Positions 17,857-29,938 of a stretch of 64,000 bases of DNA are shown piece by piece. The stretch's first letter is position 1; each line of letters starts with the position of its first letter. The notes under the pieces were generated by a model. That model was not told the DNA's origin, ran no database searches, and saw nothing but the letters and a program-made list of their open reading frames with translations. The translations under genes and the position numbers were made by a program. This DNA is from Caldisericota bacterium (lineage in GTDB: Bacteria; Caldisericota; Caldisericia; JAAYUI01), in the NCBI GenBank assembly GCA_029548865.1, contig JAKPMO010000024.1, positions 1 through 64,000 of the forward strand, given 5' to 3'.

Positions 17857-18111
17857 ATTAGAGTTTATTTAACGATGCATTCAAAACAACACTGGTTTTT
17901 TGATGACTTCATAATTAAAGGTTAAAAAATTCGGTTAAGAAAGGTTTTTCCAAATAATTTGTCAACAACAAAGAAAACCAACTTCCAATACATTTTTTTG
18001 GACTACCCTAAAATATAAAAAGAGAACTATATTTTTATGCAAAGAATGAAATCCTGTTAAATACCACATTTAATTGTGGGGATAAGGAATGAATTCAGGT
18101 TTGAGAAAAAT

Positions 18112-18144
18112 AAAAAACCGGGGACTTTTTTGGCCCCCGGTTTT
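18112..18144 (-). terminator. Intrinsic terminator after groEL
   Basis: AAAACCGGGG...CCCCGGTTTT hairpin followed by a T-run on the minus strand. Confidence 0.85.
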
Positions 18145-18164
18145 CTGTTCCAAACTTGTCAAAA

Positions 18165-20088
<1,924 letters not shown>

Positions 20089-20109
20089 GCTATCCTCCTT
20101 GCATATTTT

Positions 20110-20136
20110 TTAGCAGTCTTATGACATAACTGCTAA
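20110..20136. promoter_or_regulatory. CIRCE element (HrcA operator)
   Basis: TTAGCAGTC-N9-AACTGCTAA versus consensus TTAGCACTC-N9-GAGTGCTAA, lying between the promoter and RBS of groES. Confidence 0.88.
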
Positions 20137-20146
20137 CCAAGGACAT

Positions 20147-20175
20147 TTTATATCAATGTCCCAAAGTTTTGTCAA
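20147..20175 (-). promoter_or_regulatory. sigma70 promoter of groESL
   Basis: TTGACA-17nt-TATAAA with TGn extension. Confidence 0.8.
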
Positions 20176-20290
20176 GTGCCAAAGGTTTCGCTTTCGCTTA
20201 ATCTAAACAACATACCAATGGTATTGGCTATGACTTCAATCACGACACTAATTGGCACTCGGAGTACATATTTGCAAACCTCATCGTTTC

Positions 20291-20319
20291 TTGACCTAAA
20301 GCAAAAGCAGAACTACAAT
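20291..20319 (+). promoter_or_regulatory. sigma70 promoter of the yitT-ftsEX...plsY run
   Basis: TTGACC-17nt-TACAAT, ending 11 nt before ATG 20331. Confidence 0.7.
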
Positions 20320-20330
20320 TATTTTTTGCG

Positions 20331-21215
20331 ATGAGCTACAATTTTAAACGTGAGATAAAACGATATGCTGGGATTGCGGCAGGAGTAATAATCGAGTCGC
20401 TTTCCTATGCCTTGTTCCTTGTACCAAACAAAATAGCACCTGGTGGAATGACAGCGGTTGCCATCATTGTCAATTCTTTAACAAATGGTTTTTTGCCGGT
20501 AGGCTTTTCATACTTCTTGCTCAATCTGCCATGGCTTGGTTTGGCATGGAAAAAAATGGGCCACAAATACATTACCAGGACCCTTGTGATATCTTTCATT
20601 TCGTTTGTTTTTACTGATTTGTTCATATTTCTTATCAATAAATATCTTCCCACAAAGCTCACATCCGATATGCTCCTTGCTTCGGTATTCGGCGGAATCC
20701 TCAATGGACTGGGGATAGGCCTGACATTCAAAAACAGGGCAAGTGCCGGCGGAACCGATCTTATATCGCAAGTAATCCACTACTACACCAAATTTCCATT
20801 CGGCCAAACTGTCCTGATTGTTGATTCGGTGGTTATAATAGGGCTCGCATTTTATTTCCAGAACGCAAACCTGTTTATATATGCCATGGTTGCCCTTGTC
20901 ATAAGCAGCTTCGTAATAGATGCTGTCCAGGAAGGCATCTCTTTTACAAAATGCATGAGCATTATCACAACAGAAACGGAACAAATAAGAGAAAATTTGA
21001 TATTGCACCTGGGCAGGGGATTCACGATAATAGACGTCAAGGGTGGATTCACTGGAGATGACAAAAAAATGCTGGTAATGGCCGTTCACAGGTCACAGCT
21101 TGCGGAGGCCAAAAAAATCATCCTTGAAACCGATCCAAAATCCTTTATCATGATCGGCCCCTTAAATGAAGTCTTGGGCGAGGGATTCAAGAACCCAAAA
21201 ATGGAGGAGTGGTAA
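20331..21215 (+). CDS. YitT (UPF0750) family membrane protein
   Basis: PNKIAPGG, NLP, GGTDLI, RGFT, DPKSF, EVLGEGF. Confidence 0.9.
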   Translation: MSYNFKREIKRYAGIAAGVIIESLSYALFLVPNKIAPGGMTAVAIIVNSLTNGFLPVGFSYFLLNLPWLGLAWKKMGHKYITRTLVISFISFVFTDLFIFLINKYLPTKLTSDMLLASVFGGILNGLGIGLTFKNRASAGGTDLISQVIHYYTKFPFGQTVLIVDSVVIIGLAFYFQNANLFIYAMVALVISSFVIDAVQEGISFTKCMSIITTETEQIRENLILHLGRGFTIIDVKGGFTGDDKKMLVMAVHRSQLAEAKKIILETDPKSFIMIGPLNEVLGEGFKNPKMEEW

Positions 21216-21884
21216 ATGCTCGATGTGATGTCGGTCACAAAGTCATACCCGGGTAAAATGGCACTTTCCAATGTATCTTTCGAACTAAAAAAAGGTGAAT
21301 TTGCTTTTCTCATGGGTTCATCTGGTTCTGGTAAAAGCACGCTTCTCAAACTCATCTACGCCGCAGAACAACCGACTTCAGGCAGGATCTTTCTAGAAAA
21401 CAAAGATGTATCGAAACTCTCACCATACAGAACTGCACTCCTGCGCAGAAGGATCGGCATAGTCTTCCAGGATTTCAAGCTCATCTCCACAAAAACAGTT
21501 TGGGAAAATGTTGCATTTGCCATGGAAGTGCAAGGAGCAGCAAGCAGGAACATAAAACACAAGGTCGCCGAAGTCCTTGGGTTCGTTGGCTTAAACCTGC
21601 GTTCAAGGGATTTTCCAAACATGCTTTCAGGCGGAGAGCAGCAAAGAATAGCTATTGCAAGAGCGCTAGTCAACGATCCTCCATTGCTTCTGGCAGACGA
21701 GCCAACCGGAAACCTCGACTACGAGAATTCACTTTCTGTGCTCGATCTCCTTCTCAAAATCAACACAAGAGGGACCTCCATCCTCATAGCCACTCACGAT
21801 AAAAACATGGTGGAGAACACCAAAAAGAGGATCATAAAACTGGATCACGGACAGAAAGTGAGCGACGCAAATGTTCTTTCGTGA
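21216..21884 (+). CDS. ftsE: Cell division ATP-binding protein FtsE
   Basis: GSSGSGKS, IGIVFQDFKL, LSGGEQQR, ADEPTGNLD; next to ftsX. Confidence 0.95.
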   Translation: MLDVMSVTKSYPGKMALSNVSFELKKGEFAFLMGSSGSGKSTLLKLIYAAEQPTSGRIFLENKDVSKLSPYRTALLRRRIGIVFQDFKLISTKTVWENVAFAMEVQGAASRNIKHKVAEVLGFVGLNLRSRDFPNMLSGGEQQRIAIARALVNDPPLLLADEPTGNLDYENSLSVLDLLLKINTRGTSILIATHDKNMVENTKKRIIKLDHGQKVSDANVLS

Positions 21885-22755
21885 GCTGGCCTGGGCATTT
21901 AAATCAATCTTCAGATCCAAAGCAAGGTCAACAGCTGCAATAGCTGTCACCGCAGTCACTATTTTTCTCATGAGCACAACCCTTCTCCTTGGAATAGCCG
22001 GGGCAAATTTTGGCAGAACTGCGCGCGAAAGGTTTACGCTCCCTGTTTATTTGAGCCCAAGTGCGGATTCCAACATCGCGGAAAACATGTCCGAGCAAAT
22101 AAAGCTCTTGCCAAATGTGAAGGACGTAAAAGTACTCACTCCGGATGACTTGCTGAAAAAAGAAGGTGAATCACTCCATCTTTCGCCAGAACAGATAATC
22201 CAGTCCATCTCATACAATCCGCTTCCATACAGCCTTGTTGTGGTTCCAGAAAACCCACAGAATATCGACGCTCTGGCAAAAAGAATCAAACAGTTCACAA
22301 TGGTTGAGGATGTTGATTACGAATCAGATGTCATAAACAAGTTTGTCAACCTTTTCGACTTATTCATCTGGATAGCTCTTGGTCTGGCAGTGCTTTCCAT
22401 TCTCGTCTCAAGTATTGTCATTGGATCAACCATATCGCTTTCAATTGCATCCAGGATTGAGGAAATCGAAGTGATGAGTTTCGTCGGTGCTTCTCCTGGC
22501 ACAATCCTCGGCCCTTTCATAATAGAAGGTGTTTTTTATGGATTGATTGGGGGTGGCATCTCGGCAGCTGGAATATATTTTGGCTGGAAATATCTCCAGA
22601 CAATTTTTCAAACAAACCTTCCCTGGTTTAATCTATCAATCGAGCAAACAGTTTTTTATTCAATTGTAGCTGGAACTGTCGTTTTTGGTTTCCTGACCGG
22701 TTTCATAACAAGCTGGCTTTCTTCCAGAAACACACTTAGGAGGATAAGAGCTTGA
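21871..22755 (+). CDS. ftsX: Cell division permease FtsX
   Basis: 4 TM, NPLP, EEIEVMSFVGA...PFIIEG. Confidence 0.92.
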   Translation: MFFRELAWAFKSIFRSKARSTAAIAVTAVTIFLMSTTLLLGIAGANFGRTARERFTLPVYLSPSADSNIAENMSEQIKLLPNVKDVKVLTPDDLLKKEGESLHLSPEQIIQSISYNPLPYSLVVVPENPQNIDALAKRIKQFTMVEDVDYESDVINKFVNLFDLFIWIALGLAVLSILVSSIVIGSTISLSIASRIEEIEVMSFVGASPGTILGPFIIEGVFYGLIGGGISAAGIYFGWKYLQTIFQTNLPWFNLSIEQTVFYSIVAGTVVFGFLTGFITSWLSSRNTLRRIRA

Positions 22756-23912
22756 AAAAAATTGTACCTGCACTTCTAGCGTGTCTGATTGCCTTTTCGA
22801 GCACACCACTGATAAAGGCTGGAAATCTCCAGGATGAGCTCAGGAGTATCAACAACCGCATCATCACAAACAAGAGAAGGCTCTCGGAAACAAAAAAATA
22901 TCAGGATGTGCTCGGTATCAAGGAAAAGTCAAAGCTCGATGAACAAGCAACAGTAAAAGGGCTCCTTGACGAGTACGAAACAAAAACCGCCAGTACCCAA
23001 CAAGAGATAGTTGAAACCGTAAAGAGGATTGAAGAAGCAAGAAAAAATATGGAGACAAAGGGAAGAGAACTGGACAAAAAGCGTGATGAGGTCGGGAAAC
23101 TGCTGACTTTTGTTCACAAGTTTTCCCAAAACAGGTTTATAGACTATGTTTTTTCTGCAGAGAGTTTCTCCGAGCTAACCGGAAGGGCAAGATTCACCAA
23201 CAAGATCTTGAACGGGACAGTAAAAGCAATAACTGATCTTCACCTGGAATCATCAAGGATAGAAACTGCAAGACAAAATCTCGAAAAAGACAAGCAGAGG
23301 CTTGCAGAGTTAAAAACCGAGTACAAAACCCTTGTCGAAAGATATGGGGGCCTCAAAAAAAAGAACGATCAAATTTTGAATGATATCAAAAACCAGAAAC
23401 AGTGGACAAAGGATGAACTGATAAGGATACAACGGCAACTTGATAACGATCAGGCCCAAGTAAAAATCATCCTCAAAAAAATTGCTGAAGAGGAAGAAAG
23501 ACGGAAAAGGGCGGCCTACAAAGGTGCTTACATTTGGCCAATACCGGTAAACGGTCCCATTGGTCCTTTCGGCATGAGAAAACACCCAATCTTTGGTGAT
23601 GTAAGGATGCACACCGGGATTGATATTGATGCAAAGATGGGTGCACCAATTATGGCTGCTGGAGATGGCTTTGTTGGATTTGTTGGTCAGCTTGGTGGAT
23701 ATGGCAATCTTGTTATTCTAAGCCATGGAAACGGCATAACAACATTTTACGCCCACATGTCAAGGTTTGGGTGCTCAAAGGGACAGCAGGTCAAAAAGGG
23801 CCAGGTCATTGGGTATATCGGCTCAACAGGCTGGAGCACCGGCCCACACCTTCATTTTGAGTATAGAATCAACGATAAACCCATGAATCCTTTGAGTTAT
23901 TTGCCAAGGTGA
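22752..23912 (+). CDS. Coiled-coil M23 peptidase (EnvC/CwlO-like FtsEX partner)
   Basis: Signal peptide, long coiled coil, intact HTGID and STGPHLHF zinc motifs. Confidence 0.92.
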   Translation: MKKIVPALLACLIAFSSTPLIKAGNLQDELRSINNRIITNKRRLSETKKYQDVLGIKEKSKLDEQATVKGLLDEYETKTASTQQEIVETVKRIEEARKNMETKGRELDKKRDEVGKLLTFVHKFSQNRFIDYVFSAESFSELTGRARFTNKILNGTVKAITDLHLESSRIETARQNLEKDKQRLAELKTEYKTLVERYGGLKKKNDQILNDIKNQKQWTKDELIRIQRQLDNDQAQVKIILKKIAEEEERRKRAAYKGAYIWPIPVNGPIGPFGMRKHPIFGDVRMHTGIDIDAKMGAPIMAAGDGFVGFVGQLGGYGNLVILSHGNGITTFYAHMSRFGCSKGQQVKKGQVIGYIGSTGWSTGPHLHFEYRINDKPMNPLSYLPR

Positions 23913-23916
23913 GACG

Positions 23917-25086
23917 ATGAGAGAAAACAGATACACATTTTGGGTAACAATCTCGACATTCCTGATAATCGTTTTTGGTTTGGGAATATTTTGTGGAGTG
24001 CTTGTAGGTTCCAGGGCAGCAAAATCCACGCAAACAAAGATAGACATCAACAACATGCCTTTGCTGAGCAAAACTGTTCAGGTGGTTATGGACAATTACT
24101 ACAGGGCTGACATGGTCACAGAAGAGAATCTTGCAAAAGCAATGCTTTTTGGCCTTGATCCATATTCCACGTTTTTTAATAAGGACGAATACAAACTTTT
24201 TCAGGATTCCACCGTCGGAAACTATGTCGGGATTGGTGTGACGATAGGCAATGACCAGTCAAAAAGGCATGTCATAGTTCTTCAGGTTTTCGACAAGTCC
24301 CCTGCCCTTAGGGCTGGTGTCGAAGAGGGCTGGGAAATTGTAAAAATAAACGGCTCAAAACTAAAAAGTACCGACATTGATTATGTTTCAAGCCTGTTGA
24401 AAGGCAAAGAAAACACAAGCATAAACCTCACTTTCCAACATGATGGCCTGTTTGTTGACAAAACAATTGCCAGAGAGCAGATAACGATCAATACAGTTTC
24501 CTCAAAAAATATAGATAAATACACATATATAAGGCTCAGCAATTTCATGCCACAGAGTTTTGAGGAAATGAAAAATGCTATAAACAATTTTGAGCTTTCA
24601 GGTTCTAAAGGCTTGATATTTGATTTGCGCAGAAACCCTGGAGGTTTTGTAAAATCGTGCATTGACATATCAAACCTATTCCTGGAGCCAGGGACACTCG
24701 CATTCACCAAAGACCAGGCGGGAAGAACGGAGGAAATCAAAACAAGCGGCATCAGATTTGAGAAACCACTTGTCGTTCTTGTCGATCACTTCACAGCATC
24801 AGCGTCTGAAGTTCTTACTGGAGCACTTCAAGACAGGGGTGTTGCAACAGTCATAGGAACAAGGACTTTTGGAAAAGGGCTCATACAAAACATCATACCG
24901 GTCCCTCCATTTGGCGTCATCAAACTAACAATACAAAGTTATCTGACCCCAAACAGGAACGAGGTTGATGTTGTCGGCATCAAGCCCGATATAGAGGTTT
25001 CAGAAGGTGTTGACAACTTCTATCCACTTGATCCAAAGGAAGACCCTTTTATCCAAAAAGCTATCGAAATCCTCAAGGAGAAATAA
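23917..25086 (+). CDS. ctpA: Carboxyl-terminal processing protease, S41 family
   Basis: LDPYS, PDZ GIGV, DLRRNPGG, TASASE, TFGKG. Confidence 0.93.
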   Translation: MRENRYTFWVTISTFLIIVFGLGIFCGVLVGSRAAKSTQTKIDINNMPLLSKTVQVVMDNYYRADMVTEENLAKAMLFGLDPYSTFFNKDEYKLFQDSTVGNYVGIGVTIGNDQSKRHVIVLQVFDKSPALRAGVEEGWEIVKINGSKLKSTDIDYVSSLLKGKENTSINLTFQHDGLFVDKTIAREQITINTVSSKNIDKYTYIRLSNFMPQSFEEMKNAINNFELSGSKGLIFDLRRNPGGFVKSCIDISNLFLEPGTLAFTKDQAGRTEEIKTSGIRFEKPLVVLVDHFTASASEVLTGALQDRGVATVIGTRTFGKGLIQNIIPVPPFGVIKLTIQSYLTPNRNEVDVVGIKPDIEVSEGVDNFYPLDPKEDPFIQKAIEILKEK

Positions 25087-25089
25087 AAC

Positions 25090-27681
25090 ATGAACTGGCA
25101 TAGTATTCCACTGGACGAAACCCTAAAAACAATCGATGCAACTCTCCAAGGTCTCAGCTCGAAAGATTCAAAAAACAGGCTTGAAAAGTATGGCCCCAAT
25201 GAAATATCTGCAAAAGAGCGTTCGTCAGTTCTCCAGATGATCGTTGAACAGTTCGTGTCGCCGCTTATCCTGATTCTTTTAGCTGCATGCATATTTTCAA
25301 TCATCCAGGGCGAATGGGTCGATGCCATAGCAATCATAACCGTTCTGGTGGCAAATGCGACCCTTGGAATAATCCAGCAATACAAATCCGAGGGGGCACT
25401 GGAAGCACTCAAAAAAATGTCTGCCCCAAAGGCCCACGTTTTCAGAGATGGCTCAATCCATGAAATACCATCATCTGAGGTAGTTCCTGGCGATCTAGTA
25501 ATACTTTCAGCAGGAGATCTTGTTCCCGCCGATCTAAGGCTTGTTGAAACAATTAACCTTGCATGCAACGAAGCGATCCTGACTGGGGAATCAAATCCAG
25601 TCCTCAAGGACTGGTGCATGACGGTTCACGAACAAGCAACCGTCGGCGACAGAGTGAATATGGCCTTCATGGGAACAGTCGTAACAACTGGTCGAGGCAA
25701 GGGAATTGCCGTTGCTACAGGCAAAGAAACCTCGATGGGCATGATAGCCACAAGCCTTTCGCAGGTCAAAAGGGAAAAAACGCCCCTTGAAATCCAGCTC
25801 AACCACCTTGGCAAGGTGTTGTCAATCGTATTCCTGGTTGTATGCGCTGCAGTATTTGTCCTTGGCTGGCTGGAAATGGGAAACCCTGGAGAACAGCTTC
25901 TCATGGCAGTTTCACTCGCCGTTGCTGCAATTCCTGAGGGTCTTCCAGCAGTTGTAACAATCGTTCTTTCGATAGGAACTACAAGGATGAGCAAACAGGG
26001 TGCCATCATCAGAAGGCTCTCTTCTGTGGAAACGCTTGGTTGCACAACCTATATCTGCACCGACAAAACAGGCACGCTTACAGAAAACAGGATGAAGGCC
26101 GTCAAGGTCTTCTATGGCATGAAGCATTTTGATATGTCCAATGCGCCAAAAGAAGAGTTTGGTCCCCTGGCAAAAGTTGCCCTCCATTGCAATGATGCCG
26201 CCTACAATGCAGATGGAAACCTCACTGGAGACCCTACGGAAACGGCTCTTATCGAATTTGCGGAAGAAGTTGGTCTTGACGCAAATTCTGTAAGCCCAAG
26301 AGTTGATGAAATACCATTTGATTCAGACAGAAAAGCCATGACAACTGTCCATAAAGAAAAGGAACAGACTGTTGCATACACAAAGGGCGCATTTGAGGTC
26401 GTTCTTCACATGTCCAATAAACTGTATCTGAATGGAAAAGTTGTTGATCTTGATAATGAAACCAGGAAAAAACTCTCTGAAGAAGGCTCTAAACTGACAA
26501 AAGAAGGCTACAGAACGCTTGGTTTTGCATTCAAGGTTGCCCCTGTACCAGAACCTGGCGATAAGGTTGAAGAACACAGCCTGGTTCTTGTTGGATATAT
26601 CGGTCTATACGATCCAATAAGGGCCGAGGTTCCACAGGCTGTTCAGGATTGTAAAGATGCAGGAATTGTACCAGTCATGGTAACTGGCGATCATCCTGAG
26701 ACGGCAATAATCTATGCCAGAAAACTCGGCATCGCGACCGAGGATGACAAACCCATCACAGGAAAAGATTTTGCAGAAAACAAACCGGGACTCGATGAAC
26801 TGATCCCAAAAACAAAGGTCTTTGCCAGGGTTTCCCCGCAAGACAAGCTCAGGATAGTTGAGGTTCTACAAAAGAATTCGCAAGTAGTTGCAATGACCGG
26901 TGATGGCGTCAATGATGCACCGGCTCTCAAAAAAGCCGATATAGGTGTCTCAATGGGCAAGTCGGGATCAGAAGTAGCCAAAGATGCCGCATCTTTGATC
27001 CTCGTTGATGATAGCTTTGGAACCATAGTCAAAGCGGTACACGAAGGAAGGGTCATCTACGATAATATCCTCAAATTTATATGGTACATGCTTGGCGCAA
27101 ACATCGGAGAGGTACTGGCAATAGCATTTTCATTGATATTTATGACTGGTTCTCCTCTTGCTCCAATACAATTACTCTGGATCAACCTGCTTACAGATGG
27201 TCTCCCAGCACTTGCCCTTGGCGTAGAGCCGCCAGAATCAGGAATAATGAAGCGCATGCCGAGAGACCCGAAACAGAAGTTTCTCAGCGGCAAAGTGCTT
27301 TGGGGAATTATATTTAGAGCTATAGCCTTTGGTATAGCTGTTTACGGCTCATACCTAATTGGTTCTGCAAGAGGTGGGCATATCCTAGGATCCACCTACG
27401 CTTTTGCAACAACCGTCATCACAGAACTTCTTGTCGGGTACACCTGTAGATCATTTACAAAAACGATTTTTGAAATGAAGCTCTGGGGCAATCCGCAGCT
27501 TCTTGGTGCCATAGCAGTGTCATTGGCAATGTTCTCTATAACATTCATACCATCACTCCAGCCAATCTTCAAAACAACCGGCATAAGCATGGTAGACCTT
27601 GGAATAATAATCCTCATGGCACTCATACCACCATTATTTGTCGATATCAGCAAGCTGTTTCTGAGGCGCTATGCAAAGTAG
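25090..27681 (+). CDS. Cation-transporting P-type ATPase, type IIA (Ca2+-like)
   Basis: TGES, IPEGL, DKTGTLT, TGDH, TGDGVNDAP, WINLLTDG. Confidence 0.96.
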   Translation: MNWHSIPLDETLKTIDATLQGLSSKDSKNRLEKYGPNEISAKERSSVLQMIVEQFVSPLILILLAACIFSIIQGEWVDAIAIITVLVANATLGIIQQYKSEGALEALKKMSAPKAHVFRDGSIHEIPSSEVVPGDLVILSAGDLVPADLRLVETINLACNEAILTGESNPVLKDWCMTVHEQATVGDRVNMAFMGTVVTTGRGKGIAVATGKETSMGMIATSLSQVKREKTPLEIQLNHLGKVLSIVFLVVCAAVFVLGWLEMGNPGEQLLMAVSLAVAAIPEGLPAVVTIVLSIGTTRMSKQGAIIRRLSSVETLGCTTYICTDKTGTLTENRMKAVKVFYGMKHFDMSNAPKEEFGPLAKVALHCNDAAYNADGNLTGDPTETALIEFAEEVGLDANSVSPRVDEIPFDSDRKAMTTVHKEKEQTVAYTKGAFEVVLHMSNKLYLNGKVVDLDNETRKKLSEEGSKLTKEGYRTLGFAFKVAPVPEPGDKVEEHSLVLVGYIGLYDPIRAEVPQAVQDCKDAGIVPVMVTGDHPETAIIYARKLGIATEDDKPITGKDFAENKPGLDELIPKTKVFARVSPQDKLRIVEVLQKNSQVVAMTGDGVNDAPALKKADIGVSMGKSGSEVAKDAASLILVDDSFGTIVKAVHEGRVIYDNILKFIWYMLGANIGEVLAIAFSLIFMTGSPLAPIQLLWINLLTDGLPALALGVEPPESGIMKRMPRDPKQKFLSGKVLWGIIFRAIAFGIAVYGSYLIGSARGGHILGSTYAFATTVITELLVGYTCRSFTKTIFEMKLWGNPQLLGAIAVSLAMFSITFIPSLQPIFKTTGISMVDLGIIILMALIPPLFVDISKLFLRRYAK

Positions 27682-28261
27682 CCTTTTTGTGTTGTCCGGC
27701 CCGTCTGGAGTTGGCAAGACCACAATAAGGCAGGAACTCGCAAGAATGATGCCAGAACTTTTCGTCTCGGTGTCTGCAACAACCAGGCAAAAAAGACCGG
27801 ATGAAGTGGATGGTAGGGATTATTTATTTCTGGGCAAAGAAAAATTTGATGTAATGCTTTCAGAAAACGGATTTTTCGAGTGGGCGAATGTCCATGGGAA
27901 TTTCTATGGCACTCCAACAAAACCAATTGAGGAAAAACTCGCATGTGGCAAGGATGCACTTCTAGTGATCGATGTTCAGGGTGCCTGCCAGGTGAGGACA
28001 AGAATGCCATCCTCGGCAATATTGATTTTTCTTCTTCCACCTAGCATAAATGAACTAGAATCAAGGCTTAATGGAAGAAAATCAGATAGCATCGAACAGG
28101 TAAAATTAAGACTTGAAAACGCAAAATCAGAGCTAAAATCTTTGTTGAATTATGACTACTCTGTGGTAAATCACACGATAGCCCAGGCGACCCATGATGT
28201 CGCAAGCATCATAAGATGGTGCAGTTACAGGAGGAAATATGATAGACAGGGCAAAAATTGA
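27671..28261 (+). CDS. gmk: Guanylate kinase
   Basis: SGPSGVGKT, SATTR, DGRDY, YGTP, IDVQG. Confidence 0.96.
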   Translation: MQSSLFVLSGPSGVGKTTIRQELARMMPELFVSVSATTRQKRPDEVDGRDYLFLGKEKFDVMLSENGFFEWANVHGNFYGTPTKPIEEKLACGKDALLVIDVQGACQVRTRMPSSAILIFLLPPSINELESRLNGRKSDSIEQVKLRLENAKSELKSLLNYDYSVVNHTIAQATHDVASIIRWCSYRRKYDRQGKN

Positions 28262-28496
28262 GCAATTTATCAAAAATATGGACGGTAACAAATATCTTGC
28301 CACCATTTATTTGATACGCAGGGTCACCGGCCTGCAAGAAAAATCCTCAAAGCTCATACCAGGATCACAAAGATTCATGATAGAGCAATCAATTGACGAG
28401 TTTCTTGAGGGAAAATCCAAGGTTTCCTTTGCAGAAGATGCAACCTGCGACATCCCAAAATTTGTAGAAACCCAGGAAGGCCCAAAAGATAAGTAA
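28239..28496 (+). CDS. rpoZ: RNA polymerase omega subunit (divergent)
   Basis: NKYLAT...RR and EFLEGK resemble omega; canonical position after gmk. Confidence 0.7.
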   Translation: MIDRAKIEQFIKNMDGNKYLATIYLIRRVTGLQEKSSKLIPGSQRFMIEQSIDEFLEGKSKVSFAEDATCDIPKFVETQEGPKDK

Positions 28497-29134
28497 TGAG
28501 GAGCATTGCGCTGCTCATCATTTTATCCTACCTGGCAGGCTCTTTTCCATCAGGCTATATCGTTGGCTGGCTTTTTGGGAAAGTAGACATAAGACGTGTT
28601 GGCTCAAGGCAAATAGGTGCTGCAAACGTAACCAGACAGCTCGGGATAAAGGTTGGAGCGCTTTCATTATCACTTGACCTGTTGAAAGGTCTCTTGCCAA
28701 TGTTTATTACCCACTATGTCCTTAAACAACCGATGTGGGTAACTTCAGTGTGTGGCATTGCAGCTGTGTTTGGCCACGATTTTTCGATATTTCTGTCGTT
28801 CAGGGGTGGCGAGGGCCTTGCAACATCAATGGCTGTAATATTCTTTCTTGCGCCATCAAGATTTCTGCTGATGGCGCCATTTGCCGTGATAACAGCGTTG
28901 AGCACTGGCTATGTGACCCTTGGAGGGATCGTACAGCTATGGGGATACGGCGTCACAACCTGGGTGACAGGATCACCGTTAGCATCAGTTTATTCTGTTA
29001 TATCACTGATCTTGCTTGGTCTAACCAAGCAAACCCCGTGGATCATGAAAAATCCGCCAACCCAGTTCATGCAACCTAGTTTTGTGGTTCCCCATTCTGA
29101 TCCCGTTTCAACATTCGAGCAAGACAATCAGTAA
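28496..29134 (+). CDS. plsY: Glycerol-3-phosphate acyltransferase PlsY
   Basis: YLAGSFP, DIRRVGS..IGAANV.R, DLLKG, GHDFSIF..FRGGEG. Confidence 0.9.
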   Translation: MRSIALLIILSYLAGSFPSGYIVGWLFGKVDIRRVGSRQIGAANVTRQLGIKVGALSLSLDLLKGLLPMFITHYVLKQPMWVTSVCGIAAVFGHDFSIFLSFRGGEGLATSMAVIFFLAPSRFLLMAPFAVITALSTGYVTLGGIVQLWGYGVTTWVTGSPLASVYSVISLILLGLTKQTPWIMKNPPTQFMQPSFVVPHSDPVSTFEQDNQ

Positions 29135-29876
29135 CAGGAATACCCGCACCGCCAAACCTAAGCAGTACGAGATATTCCCTGTTTCCATCAGCGCCTCTTA
29201 TGGGAGATTCGCAACAATCGATCACTGAAGCACCAATTGCTTGAATTCTGTCCAGCGCTTCAGTGATTGCCATTTCAAGAACATTGTCTTTTCTTATTAC
29301 CCCACCCTTGCCTACCTTGCCCGGCCCAGCTTCAAACTGGGGTTTTAGAAGCCACACGACAAGACCTGGTTCCCCAAGAAAGTTTTTAAGTGGTGCGATC
29401 ACTTTGTCGCCACTAATAAATGAGCAATCAACACATGCAAACTGAGGTCTCTCTGGGAACATCTCAGGCAAAAGGTTCCTGGCATTTGTCTCATCCATGA
29501 CGACAACTCTTGGATCACATGCCACCTTTTGCGCAAGCTGTGATCTGCCAACATCAACGGCATAGACTTTTTTTGCTCCCCTCTGTAAAAGGCAATCGGT
29601 AAAACCACCAGTTGAAGCGCCAACATCAATTGCAATCAACCCCTCAACGCTCAACCCAAATTTTTCCAGGGCATGCTCAAGTTTGTGGCCACCCCTACCT
29701 ACAAATTTTGGTGGTGCAGCAATTTCCAGGCATGAATCCTCAGGAACAAGCTCACCCGGTTTCATGACGGTCCTGCCCTTGACGCTCACCTTGCCCTCCA
29801 TTATCAAAAGCCTGGCTTGTGAACGAGTAATCGTGCCATCTTTGGATAAAAGCTCATCTGCTCTTATTTTTTTCAT
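29076..29876 (-). CDS. tlyA: TlyA family rRNA 2'-O-methyltransferase
   Basis: S4 domain, RGGHKL, DVGASTGGFTD, KPQFEAG, GNREY; start placed at MKKIR with GGAG RBS. Confidence 0.95.
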   Translation of the reverse strand: MKKIRADELLSKDGTITRSQARLLIMEGKVSVKGRTVMKPGELVPEDSCLEIAAPPKFVGRGGHKLEHALEKFGLSVEGLIAIDVGASTGGFTDCLLQRGAKKVYAVDVGRSQLAQKVACDPRVVVMDETNARNLLPEMFPERPQFACVDCSFISGDKVIAPLKNFLGEPGLVVWLLKPQFEAGPGKVGKGGVIRKDNVLEMAITEALDRIQAIGASVIDCCESPIRGADGNREYLVLLRFGGAGIPVTDCLARMLKRDQNGEPQN

Positions 29877-29894
29877 GCCAACTCCGTTAAAATA

Positions 29895-29923
29895 TTGACT
29901 TGTCTTACACTGCGTTATAATAT
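29895..29923 (+). promoter_or_regulatory. Putative promoter of mfd
   Basis: TTGACT-17nt-TAATAT (overlapping a TATAAT) in the 62-nt tlyA/mfd divergent gap. Confidence 0.55.
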
Positions 29924-29938
29924 CATATTTCTGGTTGA

